Source: Octopus sinensis (taxonomy: Eukaryota). Taken from it: 64,000 nt of DNA. Numbering within the stretch: the first letter of the stretch is position 1; each line of letters starts with the position of its first letter. The position numbers and the translations under genes are program-made. Where the stretch lies: the NCBI RefSeq assembly GCF_006345805.1, contig NC_043000.1, positions 142,972,001-143,036,000 on the forward strand. Reading direction: 5' to 3'. The notes beneath the pieces are model-generated. The model was not told the DNA's origin and searched no databases. It saw nothing but the letters and a program-made list of their open reading frames with translations. Shown in pieces: positions 1 through 13,194 of this stretch.

Positions 1-1190
1 GTTTATTGGGACTTGGAAAAGATAGGGTATCCCTTGTTTAAAATAATTGTTTAGATACATCTTTAATCAGAACATCAGCTTCATCCCTTCATGAACTAAT
101 AACAAAAATATTTTTAAATTTTCAGAGCAAGTAAAGTGTGATCACAGCTGTATCCTATACCAGAGGTCGCATAACCAGCCCATTTAAAAAGTACTTTTGA
201 ATTGTTGGTGACATGCCATGCTTGAGGAGATCAATTGTGTCAAGTAAAATCAAAATCATAATTAAATCAAATCACAATCAAATGGAAATTGTAGTTGTGA
301 CTGATGCCAGTGATGCCTGACTGGCTCCCATGCTGGTGGCATGCAATAAGCACCATTCATGCATGGGTTGTTGCCAGTGCTGCCTGACTGGTTTTCATGC
401 TGGTGCTACATAAAAAGCACCCACTACACTCTCAGAATGGTTGGCATTAGGAAGGGCTTCCAGCTGTAGAAACTTTGCCAGATCAGATTGGAGCCTGGTG
501 TGGCCTCCTGGTTTGCCAGTCCCCAGTCAACCGTTCAACACATGCCAGCATGGAAAACGGACATTAAATGATGATAATGATAATGCTGCTGCTGATGATG
601 ATGATGCTGCTGATGATGATGATGGTGGTGATTGTGGTGGTGGTGGTTGGGGTGGTGGTGGTGGTGATGGTGGTGATGAGGATGAGGATGATGAGGATGA
701 TGATGAGGAGGAGGATGATGATGATGATGATGAGGATGATGATGATAGCCACCAGCAAAATCACACATATCTATATAAAAGATACTTGCACCAACAAATA
801 TCACTGTCAACAGCATAAATAATAAGCTATTGGGTTATATTTCAGAAAAAAACACAGACTTGTAAATCAATAGATTCAGTTCCAAACCCTGCCAAAGCTG
901 AATTCTTAAATTCTAAGGAACTTCTTGGGCTTCCACCATACTTCTCTTAAAAAAGCCCTGTAATTTATTGGCATTATCTGACATATACAAATTAAATATT
1001 CCTTACATAGTATTGTTGCATTACATGTTTGTTCAGTATTTATGAGGTTGATAATAAAGACTAATATTCCAGCCAAAGTAATGAAGAGTTTCTGCCACAG
1101 TCCTGCTGTTCTCCTGTCAAACAATGCACAGATGATGAAGACTTTCTTGTAGCTTCACATGTGACTTATTCAGTGAATTTTTTCCAAGTA
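1..1190 (+). pseudogene. Decayed Helitron-type Pif1 helicase coding remnant, interrupted by an RTE 3' fragment (~135-745)
   Basis: Manual translation gives LLGLGKD..SLHELITKIF (1-120). After the insertion it gives ILAPTNITVNSINNKLLGYISE (782-847) and TCKSIDSV..AEFLNSKELLGLPPY (858-942). These match the ILAPxN..YKSID..EFLNS..GLPPH block of Helitron Pif1 helicases. Stops and frameshifts are present. Confidence 0.7.
135..745 (+). mobile_element. RTE-clade LINE 3' UTR fragment with expanded (GAT/GGT/GAG)n tail
   Basis: Matches the 3' UTR that follows the RTE ORF at 30089-30702 (ccactacactc..ggaagggc.tccagc..agcatggaaaacggac.ttaaa.gatgat). Confidence 0.8.
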
Positions 1191-1571
1191 TTTTACCTGG
1201 ATTCATTGTGTTACCTCTGTCATTAGTTGCCATTTCATAATGATTTTTGTCCTACAATTGTTTAACTTTCTGTTTGTAGGTCTTACTGACCTCCATTCTC
1301 TAATTTTTTTCACTTTGTTTAACACTTTACCTTTGCCGCCATTCTTCATTTACATTGAAGATTACATCAACTATGGGTCTCTTCCCATCAATACCCTATC
1401 TGGAACTACAGCAAAATTAAAGCCTCACTCCTTTAGTAACAAGTATATTGCTTCTTTCATAAAGAAATCAATCTACAAACAAAAGTGCTATTTTTGTACT
1501 GGCCCTTACAATGAACCTCATACATGTCCTATAAAGAATGAAATTTACTACAATTGTAAGAAGGCTCTCTT

Positions 1572-1807
1572 TACTCTCTTTTTACTCTTTTACTTGTTTC
1601 AATCATTTGACTGTGGCCATGCTGGAGCATCTCCTTTAGTCGAGCAAATGGACCCCAGGACTTATTATTCTTTGTATGCCCAGTACTTAATTTATTGGTC
1701 TCTTTTGCCGAACCACTAAGTTACAGGGACGTAAACACACCAGCATCAGTTGTCAAGCGATGTTGGCGGGGGTAACAGACACACATACATATACACACAC
1801 ACACACA

Positions 1808-1893
<86 letters not shown>

Positions 1894-2052
1894 TATAACT
1901 TCTTTCAGTTTCCCTCTACCAAATCCACTCACGAGGCTTTGGTTGACCCGAAGCTATAGTAGAAGACACTTTCCCAAGGTGCCTCGAAGTGGGACTGAAC
2001 CCAGAACCATGTAGTTTGTAACCAAGGTACTTACCACACAGCCACTCCTATG
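1572..2052 (-). mobile_element. tRNA-derived SINE, family B (central CA/TA microsatellite)
   Basis: Reverse complement of the full copy at 23939-24346, with A/B-box-like head and gtaaaaga tail. Confidence 0.85.
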
Positions 2053-4143
2053 ACTGAGCATCTTATTATCTTTTTGCTTCCATCTTAATCAAACAACAGT
2101 ATCTACAATCACAATCCTGGCAAATTACATAAGTTATTATCAGAGTATATATGGCTAACCAACGTATGGTTTCTCTAATCATTTTAGTTGGTACCAGTTT
2201 CATAGATGAGTATGTTTGCAAGAATCTCTCATTCCCAATGTCTTAATGTTATTTGAATTTACCTGGCAACTGTTTCTTCAGTTGTCATTTCAAACATTTT
2301 TTTTTTAATGTGAAGGGGCATTTATATAATTTTCCTAACTTGTGTTTCCTTATAATTCTGGTATACAGCTTTTTTAAAATGACAGAATTCTATAACACTT
2401 TAACTAGACCCTTCATATTTTTCCCAGTTGTACAGCGACTTAAGACCAGATGCAATTAAATTTCATTACTGTTCTTCACTTGGTAGAATGTTTATTAAGA
2501 AAGAGACTGACTGTAGATTTAATACTAGTATTATTGAGCCCCAGCTTCTCTTTGGGAAGCACTACTAGTTTAGAAGTAAGAAGTGGTGGCCAATAATGCC
2601 TTGCTTTAGATTATCCACTCATGAAAAATTGTTACTTTACTGCTTTCTGATGCTCTTCCACTTGCTAAAACTGAAGACATTATGTGTTCTATATTCTACA
2701 ATAAATTCTACAAACTGGATTGGAAAGCAACTGATCATCAGATTCCATTCCCTGATGTTAAGAGATGCAGCTTATTCCAGTTTACAAGTTTCAGCTTTAG
2801 TGTAACTAATGCTATGTGCATTTTGAAAAGAGTGGTGGTGGAGGGGATAATTGCTGCGGATTTTGTGAAAGGATTTCATGCCTATTTGGGGAATATTATT
2901 GTGATTAGCAAGACTAAGTGAGAACGAAGATGAGGCATTAAACAATGACAAATGTCATCTCCGCTTAACATTCATTTGTCATCTGGGATACAAATTGCCG
3001 TATAAATACTTGCTGCCTGACCATGAAAGATTGAAATTTGCAGTACCCAGTAGTACTAAACAACTATATATATATATGTTTTCTTTCCATTTTTTTCCCT
3101 CAGTTACTAATCCAAATGAATGCTTCCTTTCTTAGGAGTAATTAATAATTAATCCCTTCTTAAACCCTACAATGCAAAAAAAAAAAAAAGGAAGAAAAGA
3201 AAATGATATTTATGTTTAGAACTTTAGTGCTCATTCTCATCGATCTTACATGATCTTACATGACGTTTTTGAAATTCATGCATTCAGGAATTACATCCTT
3301 AAGTATCCTTTTTTATCTTGGGAAAAAACTCTCATCTATTGAAGAGGAGGCTTTTGCCATCATAAAAAGCATGGGAAATAATAAATTACTTCAGGGCTGT
3401 TTTACCAGCACACACTTGGCAAGCCATATCATTTATATTTTGACAAAAAAAATGCTAATAGAAAGCAAGGTATAAGATTCTTTATTGAACATAGAGTGAT
3501 CATTACCTATCTCATAAAGATAACAGTAACTGGTGCCATCATCAGATACTTCTCTGGAGCATCTTCTGGAATTACAGATTCCCATAAGCTTTTGTACTAC
3601 TCTGGAGTGACTCAGCTATAGCACTTTGAACTTGCTGTCTTCTTAGGAAGGTGTTGAAAAATTTTTCATGAATACATAGCATGCCCAGAATTGAAATCGG
3701 GATTCTATTGTCTCCATCATACCAAATTTAAGTTCAAACTGCCATTTGAACATTTCAGTGTTGACTCAAAAGTCCCTTATCAACATAAAAATCTTGCCAC
3801 TGTTTGTTTTTACTTATAGATGAAAACACAAGTTTCTTCTTGCAGTTGCATGTTAAAAAATGCCAGCTTTTACAATAACTTGCAGACTTGAAAGTATTTG
3901 ATTTAAACCGATTCAAACCAAATATCCTCATTATTTTTATCATTTTGGAATCGGGTGTGCCAAAGATTTCTGCAAAACTTTGTAGCACACCTTAGTATCT
4001 AAAAAAGAAGATAGTATGTGTTGGGTAATGTAGTTCTTAATATAGAAAGGGACAATCATTACAGCTGGAATTCTTTCAATCATAGGTCTGCTCTGTCAGA
4101 TGTTAAATACTTGGTTTTAAACAACATCCTTTTGTCCTGTGCT

Positions 4144-4350
4144 GTTGCTGTTGTTGTTAAGCAACAAGACGGGTAAGGGTGATTAGGTGATGGTCTGGGG
4201 CTTAGGGGCGGGAGACCCATGACCATGGAAAAAAAAAACTGGTCGTCTTGTTGTAGTCAAAGGCTCTTTGTTGACGCCTGACACCACTGGGAAGTGGCCC
4301 TCGAAGTCGCTGGAAATGGGGATCTCCAGGTCCAAATTCTTGAACAGCTG
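4144..4350 (-). mobile_element. ~205-bp retroposon (family E) with (CAA)n tail and 10-bp TSD
   Basis: gtcctgtgct occurs at 4134-4143 and 4351-4360. Homologous to 27755-27954. Confidence 0.8.
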
Positions 4351-5750
4351 GTCCTGTGCTCTTATAAATCTGGTACTTATTTTACTGATCTTTGAAAGTT
4401 GACTAAGACAATGTAGGCTTAATTTTGTAACTGATTCCTGCAAACTGCAATATTAAAGTCTCACACTGAAGATATCAAATGAACTTTTGGCAGCCTCTTT
4501 AGTCATTACAGCTTAGTCTGCCTTCCCAAAATTCTCATTTTATCCTATTTCTGAGAATTAAATATGCCTCTATGTAATTTTTCAGCCATTAGTGATTCAA
4601 CCTAATTTCTTTGAAACCATTTACAACGATATTGCAAAAGTAATACATCTCATAGGCAAGTAATTATATTTCTATGGCATGATTGGTTTACAAAGGATAG
4701 CAGTTAAATCTTTCTCAGTTCACAGTTACTGTCTTGACCTGGGGCTAAACAATAATAACAGAGTTCAGTGCTCTCTTTATTATAAAAGTGGATGGTGGAA
4801 ATATAGTTGAATTCCCAAGTTCAGCAAATGAAAATTAAGATTACTTGAGTAATATTATTACTTGAGTAATATTATTAGTATTCATAATGAAATGTAATAA
4901 ATAGTAATAAATTGTAAATAGGTAATTCTGTTAAAATAAAATAAATTACAAACAGCTGCATTAAATATATTTATTAAATTATTTCATGAGTTTCCTGAGT
5001 GTATGTTTTGAAGTGTAAGTCTTTAACACACACACACACTGATGAATATAATATGCCCCTGAAGGATAATACATGATTGATGTCAGAGAAATACAGAATA
5101 GTATTGAAAATGTAAACAGGAATAGTAGACCAAAAAACACACAGAATGAATTATGTATGGCATACCTTGCAGTTAAGATGATGTATAATAGACATGACTA
5201 TAAATGTACTATTAAACATTCATATCTAAATCATGATGGTTATAGAAGTGGTCGGGGAGGGAGCAAAACATATGTTGATCACGATGATCATAATCACAGT
5301 AGTGAGATTATTGTAATAAAAGATTTTCATTTGCAACCATTTTTATTGCTTTTTAGCTATCACTCGAAGCCACTAGATTCCAGATTTCAATTATGTAATT
5401 CATAGGAACTATTGAAGCTATGAAATTTAATTTCAATTTGTATTCCATACCCAATAGGCCTTGCTTTAACCATCTAAACACAGGCACTCAATTCATAGAA
5501 ATGTTCTTGAGTTTGGTGCCACCTAACTACTTAACAACAGACACATTTGAATGATGGATATATATATATCTAGATATTTCTGTATATTTGCCCTCGTACA
5601 CATGGAAATATATACCACCATCGTAATGTGTATTTACTGACATTTTGAATTTTGAAAACTTCCATGTTCCATTAATATAAGTCTCTTTAGCATTAATGAA
5701 AAAAAAATTGTTCCATGATTGAATTTGCCATAAGATATTAATGCATACAT

Positions 5751-5790
<40 letters not shown>

Positions 5791-5975
5791 CTATTCTACA
5801 AATATAATAAAGAATGAAAATATGTGCATACTCATGTATGCATGTATATATGATGCATTAATGTGTGCATATATGTGTGTGTGTGTGTATTTATGTATGC
5901 ATTTTATATACATACATATACACACACACATACACACACACACACATATATATGTATATATATATATATATATAT

Positions 5976-6179
5976 AATTGGTACATACAAATACACTAAC
6001 ACATACATACAACTATACACCAATATGTATGCGTGTGTGTATGTATGTATGTATGTATATATACACTTACATATATATGCATATATAAATATATGTGTGT
6101 GTGTTTGTGTGTGTACACACACGCATACATATTGGTGTATAGTTGTATGTATGTGTTAGTGTATTTGTATGTACCAATT
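5976..6179. repeat. 66-bp perfect inverted repeat with 72-bp spacer
   Basis: 5976-6041 (aattggtacatacaaatacac..gcgtgtgtgta) is the reverse complement of 6114-6179. Confidence 0.9.
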
Positions 6180-7879
6180 TTATATATGTGTATGTATAAA
6201 ATAATTGATAATACCTGAAGGTGTAATGGGACTGTTTGAGAAGCCATACCACTCACTATTTCTGTAGAAGTGTATGCATATATATACATAGAGTGATGGT
6301 GAATATATAAAATTCCCTCACTTCTATATGATCAGTTTTATGCATACTCTTATGTACATAGACACACACATAATGCAGGTATGTATGCATGTATGTATGT
6401 CTAACTCAAAAACATATATTTGTGTAAGCTTTCTTACTATATATATATAGGTTAGGAAAATTCCTATAATGAGCTATATTCTATAAAAGTGATTAGGAGA
6501 GACATTTTGTGCGTATGTGTGTGTGTGCATGTGTATGAATGACATTTTTCATTTCTACTATAAATAACATTTATTTGGTTACCACTTTCCCCAAAGAAAT
6601 AACATGTAATGGCTATGGACAAAAAAATATTAAAATGATAAAAGGCAGAAGAAAATATTCATAAGCTCTTCCTCTGTTCTCTCTCTCTCTCTAATTTTTC
6701 GCTTTTCCCTTTATATTTACTCATTCTTTTTTATTATTTTATGTATTCTTGTTTCAGTATTTTTTTTTCCTCCATGTTAATACTTTGATATAAATTTCTG
6801 AATCATGTTATGCTTGTACAAGGAAAGTAAAGGAAAACTAAAATATTTTGCTGGAACTAGTAATGTTTCAATGCTTAGCCTTACTATAAAACTCATTTAT
6901 AGACCATCGTTAAAAAAAAAAAAAAAAAAAAAAAATTACTACATCATATGCCCTCCTTTTGTCTCAGTTATCACTGTGGTTCTTGCCTTAGGGTGTTTTA
7001 AACACGCACTCATATGCATGTTGTTGTTGTTGCTGATAATGATGATTACAATGATGATGATGATGATGATGATATTTTGAATGTTCCTTTTTGAGCTCTC
7101 TCTTATTCCTCCTCTCTGCAAATATCTGTGTCTTCAGATAAAAACCATCATGCTGTGCACAGCAATGAAATGATATATCCTAGGTTTGGTTATGTTTCTC
7201 CATTCACTCTCTCTGTCTCTATCCCGCTCGCTTTGTGTTTACACACACACACACACACAACACACATAAACACACACTTTTTATATACATGATTTCATTT
7301 TGCCACGCTTTTCTTTTATCTTTATCCTTATATTTTTCTATCAATATAATTGCAATTTCTACATGTTGCATTTTCATTTCTTTTTTTTTTCTTGCCTATC
7401 CTAACTCCATTACTTATGCTGTCCTTATTATCATTATTATTTTACCATTTCCTACTTTGCCTATTACTAATACCACTGTCCTTCAGTATATATCATCGTC
7501 ATCATCATTTAACATCTACTTTTCCAATGCTTGCATGGATCAAACAGAATTTTTTTTTGAGCAGAATGTTTAGAACTGGATGCCTTTACTGTTGCCAACC
7601 CTCACCTGCTTCCAAACAACAAACTTGTTTTATGTATGTGTGTGTAAAGCCACTAAATTACATACAGTCAAATGAAGAATCATAAAGAAATCCATGCCAT
7701 ACGTGAACCTTTAGCACATTGCATTTTCTCTAGAATAATCTCCCCTTCCACTGCCCTGTTACTACAAGGGAGAAAACTCATATGGTGACATACTGCACCT
7801 AGAGTGTGCTAAAGGTTATTGCTTAGCTGTGTAGTGGAAGGAAGGTGACATGTGTAAACAGCTGTTGCTACAGTAACCA

Positions 7880-9740
7880 CTCTGCTTCATGTAGTTCTTT
7901 TTTGCTGTTTATGGTTGGTCTGTTTTTTTTATAAGGAGGGTCTCCATGATTCTGAAATTGCCTCTGTTGTACTGAGTGGCCCTGATGGATTCCTTGAAAT
8001 CCTGGATCTGGCACTTCTTTATGTATTTTCTAATTGAAGTGTTTGGATGCATATGTTCTTTGATTCAAATCTACAACTTAATGGTGTTACTTCCAATGTA
8101 GAATGACCCACAAATACTGCAGACAACCTCACATACTGCATGAGCTCTTGATTACATTTCAAAGCTATTAATTGGGTAATTGGGTAGTATGCATTCCATT
8201 ATTCTGAGACAGAAATTTCATCAGAACTGAACTAATGTGCACCATCTGTACGTTGAATTTCTCCTTGCAGATCATGTGCTGAAAAGCAGCAGTGGTTCTG
8301 TCATCAAAATTGTGCATTTTAAGGAAGCACATGTCAGGCTTTGAATTATGGGCCCTCTTAAATTGTTCGCTTACATCAATTTTATATAGATGCAGTCATT
8401 TGGCTAAATCTGGTGGATTACCATCATGTACTAAGTTATGGAGGAACCACTTAGGGTTTGGAAACTTTGTCAGCTGTGTAACTACATCTCTTGCTTTTCT
8501 GTCATCATTTCACTAACAAGCAGTTTTTGCTCTGATGGGCAGAGTTGACTTATAGTGTATGAACATTTCCTGCTGTCAGTTTTCCTGTTAAAGTTTGTAT
8601 AGATGGAACCTACCTTTGTGACCTTGATTTGAAATCCAAGTAAAGAGAGGATTCAGGACTTATCCAGGTGTTCTATTTCAAATTTTATGTGCTTGTTGGT
8701 GTTGCTGAATCTCTGGTGCATGACAATCACCTCTTTCCTGATGCACCAGGATATCTTCAACATATACAGAGAGAAAGACACACGAGTGGCAGCTGTTTAG
8801 TGCTGAGTGCACTCCAGTTGGTCCATGTATGTTATCGCCAGCAAACTTGACAGACTAGATCCCATCAGCAGACCCGAAACCTTCTTGTATACTATGCCAT
8901 TGTGCTGGAATGTGTTAAAGACTATGAATGTTTAATAGTTCTCAGATGTCTGGGGATCTCAGCCCAAAACAGTGGATGCTGGTGATAGATGGAGGAAGAT
9001 GAGGAAAATGAGTGAATATGGGAGGGGGGCATAAGGCAAAAGAAGAGACATGTTGTTAACAGCCAGAAGAGTGGATACAGGTGTATAGAGAAAAACTACA
9101 TCTAAGTTGAAATTGTATCGGTTATTTCTTAGTACAATGAGTTTGACATACTTGAATCTTTTAAAGATCTCATTGGAGCTCTTGACAAATACAGAGAATG
9201 TGTGCAGTAAGGCTTTGAGGAGTTTAGAAAGAAGCCAAAAGATTTTATAAAGGGTGCCGGTTTCAAATTTGGGCCCACATTTCTGGGTTTTTACTGAATG
9301 ATAGAAAGAAAAGAAAGGATATGAATGAAATTAATATATTAAGGATATGAAATTAATATGAAATTAAGTCTATTAAGGATTTGAAATTAAGTCTAGTTTT
9401 CTTAGAGATCTTTCTGTTGTGACAAATACTGGTTCAGCTAGTATTAATAGTGGCCACAAGCTGACTAGGTGTGGTGTACACTTTTTCATATAGTGTGGTG
9501 TCACTAAAATGCTTGATTGCTTATTGGCTATAAGTGGATCTATCAATGACACAAAATTCCTTCCCTTTGTCTGCAGGTAGGTAGACAAGGTTTTTAGATT
9601 GTAGGATTTGTAAGGTGGGGAATTGGGATTTTGTAAGGTTGTTAAATTGAGTAGGATGTTTATCTAAGATGTTGAAAAGGGAACGTTTAATGTTAAGTTC
9701 AGAATTGCATGGAAGAGGGTGGAATGGGTTACCAAGATGC
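7880..9740 (-). pseudogene. Decayed Penelope-like element ORF (RT + GIY-YIG endonuclease)
   Basis: Minus-strand motifs occur in the expected order: NNLTKSQ..VYLPADKGKEFCVID (~9545-9650), GLLMGSSLSSLLAITYMDQLE (~8810-8875), YVEDI (decayed YVDD, ~8750-8765), HIKFEIEH, FIHYKSTLP, VCSICGSFYIGS..IKEH (~8050-8130) and RPTINSKKEL. Many stops. Confidence 0.85.
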
Positions 9741-10261
9741 ATGTGCGTTTGTGTATGTGTGTGTGTTTGTGTGTGTTTGTGTGTGTGTGTGTGTATGGAT
9801 ATATGCATATATGTGTGTTGTCTTTCTTCCTCTATCTTCTCCATTTACTTTTTAACCTCATCATCAATCCAATCCGGTTGTTTTTCTTGGTTCAGTAATT
9901 TCTCCATTCACCTTCATTTTGTTTTCCTTCCCCAGTCCAAATTTATTCTTTCGTTAATGTTGTTTTTAAAATTATTTCTTCATCATGTTATACCACATTT
10001 TTGCTATACCAGTTTTAAATCTTTCTTTTCTTCCCCTATCATATCTTCGCTTCTACCTTTCAAACCACCTTTCTTGATCAGTCCTCGAAATGTTTCCTTT
10101 CTCTCAGTTCATCATATTTCACAAAAAGCATTTCCTCTTTTGCTTACTGCTTTGTTCATGATCAATTTACCATTGTTTTGAAACAAAGTCTTGAAATGAT
10201 TGGATGAGTTAACCTAATTACTACCATTGGTACTTATAAATTCACATGACTACTTAGTTTT

Positions 10262-10847
10262 TTTTTTTATTTGATTCAGTCATTTGATTGTAGCCATACT
10301 GGAGCACTGCCTTTAGTTGAGCAACTTGACCACAGGACATATTTGTTGTAAGCCTAGTACTTATTCTGTTGGTCTCTTTTGCCGAACTGTTAAGTTACAG
10401 TGACGGAAACACACCGGCATCGGTTGTCAATTGTCAAGCAATGTTGGTGGGGGGGGGGGGTAAACACAGACACACAAACAGACACACACATATAGTCTTT
10501 GGTCGGGCAAATCGACTACAGGACTTATTCTTTGTAAGCCTAGTACTTATTCTATCAGTCTCTTTTGCCAAACTGTTAAGTTACAGTGACGGAAACACAC
10601 CAGCATCGGTTGTCAAGCGATGTTGGGGGGACAAAAACAGACACAGAAACACACACACACACATATATATACATATACATATATACGACAGGCTTCTTTC
10701 AGTTTCCATCTACCAAATCCACTCACAAGGCTTTGGTTGGCCCGAGGCTATAGTAGAAGACACTTGCCCAAGGTGCCATGCAGTGGGACTGAACCCAGAA
10801 CCATGTGGTTTGTAAGCAAGCTACTTACCACACGGCCACTCCTGACC
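10262..10847 (-). mobile_element. SINE family B with internally duplicated 3' segment
   Basis: The segment tgtaagcctagtacttattct..gacggaaacacacc..acacagacaca occurs twice (~10345-10490 and ~10530-10660) before the 5' head. Confidence 0.85.
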
Positions 10848-11808
10848 TATATATATTGAATATATTAATCTGTTATATTGACAGGCTATTTAAACCTAAG
10901 GCATCTTTTATACAGCTGTAGTAAAGTTTCTGTCTAAATATTTTGATGATTCACCAAACTAGCAGCCTAGCTAGGGATCACCCTTTGAGCAGAAACATCT
11001 ATTAGATTTGTAACAATCCTGTATCATTTTTAAGCAGCTAGAATTTTTCTGCTCATCTGTTTTAAAGTAGTCATTTGGCCTACTTAAATATGTTTACTTG
11101 TATTTCATGTCTATCAATCTTAAACTGAATCTTTGAACTTCAAGTACTTGGTGTCCTTCTATTATGCTGCAGACAAACCACGCACTTGCTTAGGTCAAGG
11201 CAACTTAAAATATCTTAAGCAAAATTTCTTCATCCAATGTAAAACATGACAACTTAGTTATAAAGAGCAGAGGTGAGTTCACTCCAGGAATAATGAGAGA
11301 TGAAGAAGAACATTGCTGGGTTAGAGGTTCATATTGTGTTATGACTTATATGATTTGGCATAAAATATTTCAAATTTTGTCCAGTTACCTATTGACCCAG
11401 TGATATCAATGATCATAAGACTATAGTCTTTTCCTATATCAGCTCCGTCAACGAGTGAAAGGATTTTTGCCTAATCCTGTTTTTACAGATTGAGAGGAAA
11501 CCCTAATCAAAAGAGTGGGTTTTAGAATATCGTATCATTTACATTTTACTTTTTAATTTGGGCACTGCTTTGAAGGGTCTTTATTTCAAACAAATTGAAC
11601 CTAATACTTAATTTTTAAGCCTGATACGTAGTCTATCAGTCTAAGTTAAGGGGGAATGAACAAACCAACACCAGTTGTCAAATAGTGGTGGGGACAAACA
11701 CAAATACACACCAACATATTTATATACTACAGTTCTATATTTAAGAGATGAGAAATTATGTACATTATTTACATTTGAGGGATATTTGTCCTCATCTTGT
11801 TTGTTGTT

Positions 11809-11854
11809 AACACAACTTTTCAGCTGATATACCCTCCAGCCTTCATCAGGTATC
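11809..11854 (-). ncRNA. Minimal type I hammerhead ribozyme motif (degenerate copy)
   Basis: gatac CTGATGA a ggctg-gagggtatat-cagct GAAAA GTT gtgtt. The C of GAAAC is mutated. Confidence 0.5.
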
Positions 11855-11902
11855 TTGGGGAAATTTCGAACCTGGGTTCTCATTCCTAAGGTATTTTACG
11901 AT

Positions 11903-11921
11903 GTTATTATTATTATTATTA

Positions 11922-12005
<84 letters not shown>

Positions 12006-12027
12006 TATTATTATTATTATTATTATT
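11903..12027. repeat. (ATT)n microsatellite at the 3' end of the RLE LINE fragment
   Basis: Read directly from the sequence. Confidence 0.95.
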
Positions 12028-12420
12028 CAGTAGTTTTATTTCTATAACGTGCTTTCACTTCACTACCGAGCACAGCTCTGTGTGCCTTGGGTATGTGCTG
12101 TGATTTGTTGTGATGCTCCGATGGTTATTGTATGGAAAGTGTTCTACGTAGGATGTGTGCAGTGCCTAGTAGTGCAATTTTCTGTATGTTAAATATATTT
12201 GTAAGTCCTGGTGTTTTTATTATGTATTTGTCTGAATATTTTTTATCATGCCTAATGCACCTACTATGATAGGAATTGTTTCTGTTTTTAGATTCCACAT
12301 TCTAGTTAACTCTATTTCTAGGTCTTTGTATTTTGAAAGTTTCTCCATTTCTTTTAGAGACACGTTGTCATCTGCTGGTATTGATACATCAATTAGAAAG
12401 CATTTTTTTTCTTCATGATC
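12028..12420 (-). mobile_element. 3' end of an RLE-type non-LTR retrotransposon (R4/Dong-like)
   Basis: DHEEKKCFLIDVSIPADDNVSLKEMEKLSKYKDLEIELTRMWNLKTETIPIIVGALGMIK, then one frameshift, then YSDKYI..IQKIALLGTAHILRRTLSIQ* (stop 12125-12127). This is a restriction-like endonuclease C-terminus followed by a short UTR and (TAA)n. Confidence 0.85.
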
Positions 12421-12448
12421 TTAGAACCCAGGTTTGAAATTTCCCCAA

Positions 12449-12493
12449 GACACTGATGAAGGCTGGAGGGTATATCAGCTGAAACGTTGTGTT
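12449..12493 (+). ncRNA. Minimal type I hammerhead ribozyme motif
   Basis: gaca CTGATGA a ggctg-gagggtatat-cagct GAAAC GTT gtgtt, with palindromic AACGTT stem III. It lies in an arm (12423-12541) inverted relative to 11758-11881. Confidence 0.6.
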
Positions 12494-12855
12494 AACAATA
12501 AAGATGAGGACAAATATCCATCGAATGTAAATAATGTATATTTATTTACATTGGGCATCTTTCAATATTCAATTTCATGAAAAGAATATTTTTTGTTTAC
12601 ATTGAAATTCTTATATTGTGAAATCCATCTTATCATTACCCATTCTTTTGATGAAGCTTTCCTCCTTTTATAAAAACACTAGTAGAAGAAAATTCTTCCA
12701 CTAACTGAAGGAACCAATAGATGAAACTGGAAATTGCAGCCAACTTGTTCTTCAACGTAAATTTGTTTTTAGTCTTGGTGTATTCTCAAACCAACAGCAA
12801 ATCCTCACTTGTTATTCTTAAAAATGATTACAAATGATAGCATTATTTTAATATT

Positions 12856-13087
12856 TATTTCTTTATTGCCCATAGGAGGCTAGACAAAGAGGGGACAAAC
12901 AAGGACAGACAAAGGGATTAAGTCAATTACGTCAACCCCAGTGCGTGACTGGTACTTATTTAATTGACCTCGAAAGGATGATAAGCAAAGTAGACCATGG
13001 CAGAATTTGAACTCAGAATATAACAGCAGACAAAATACCACTTAGCATTTCACCCACCGTGCTAACAATTCTGCTAGTTCACCATCT
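12856..13087 (-). mobile_element. tRNA-like SINE, family C
   Basis: Homologous to 33040-33270, with a gagttcaaattc B-box and a catcctttcgaggtcaa..aagtaccag central block. Confidence 0.8.
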
Positions 13088-13194
13088 TTGTTTTAATATT
13101 GATCATCAAAATATAGAAGTTTTGTCTGCATGTTAACTATAAAATTTTGAGTACATTTTTCAGCCAGTGAAACGAAGAGGGCAGTTAGAGGATC

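Noticed and set aside
441-822. Asp/Gly-, His- and Met-rich ORFs
   Set aside because: They are translations of an expanded (GAT/GGT/GAG)n retroposon tail in several frames.
2480-3990. Coding-looking decayed sequence (possible Tx1/L1 end or pseudogene)
   Set aside because: Frequent stops and no motif I could assign with confidence.
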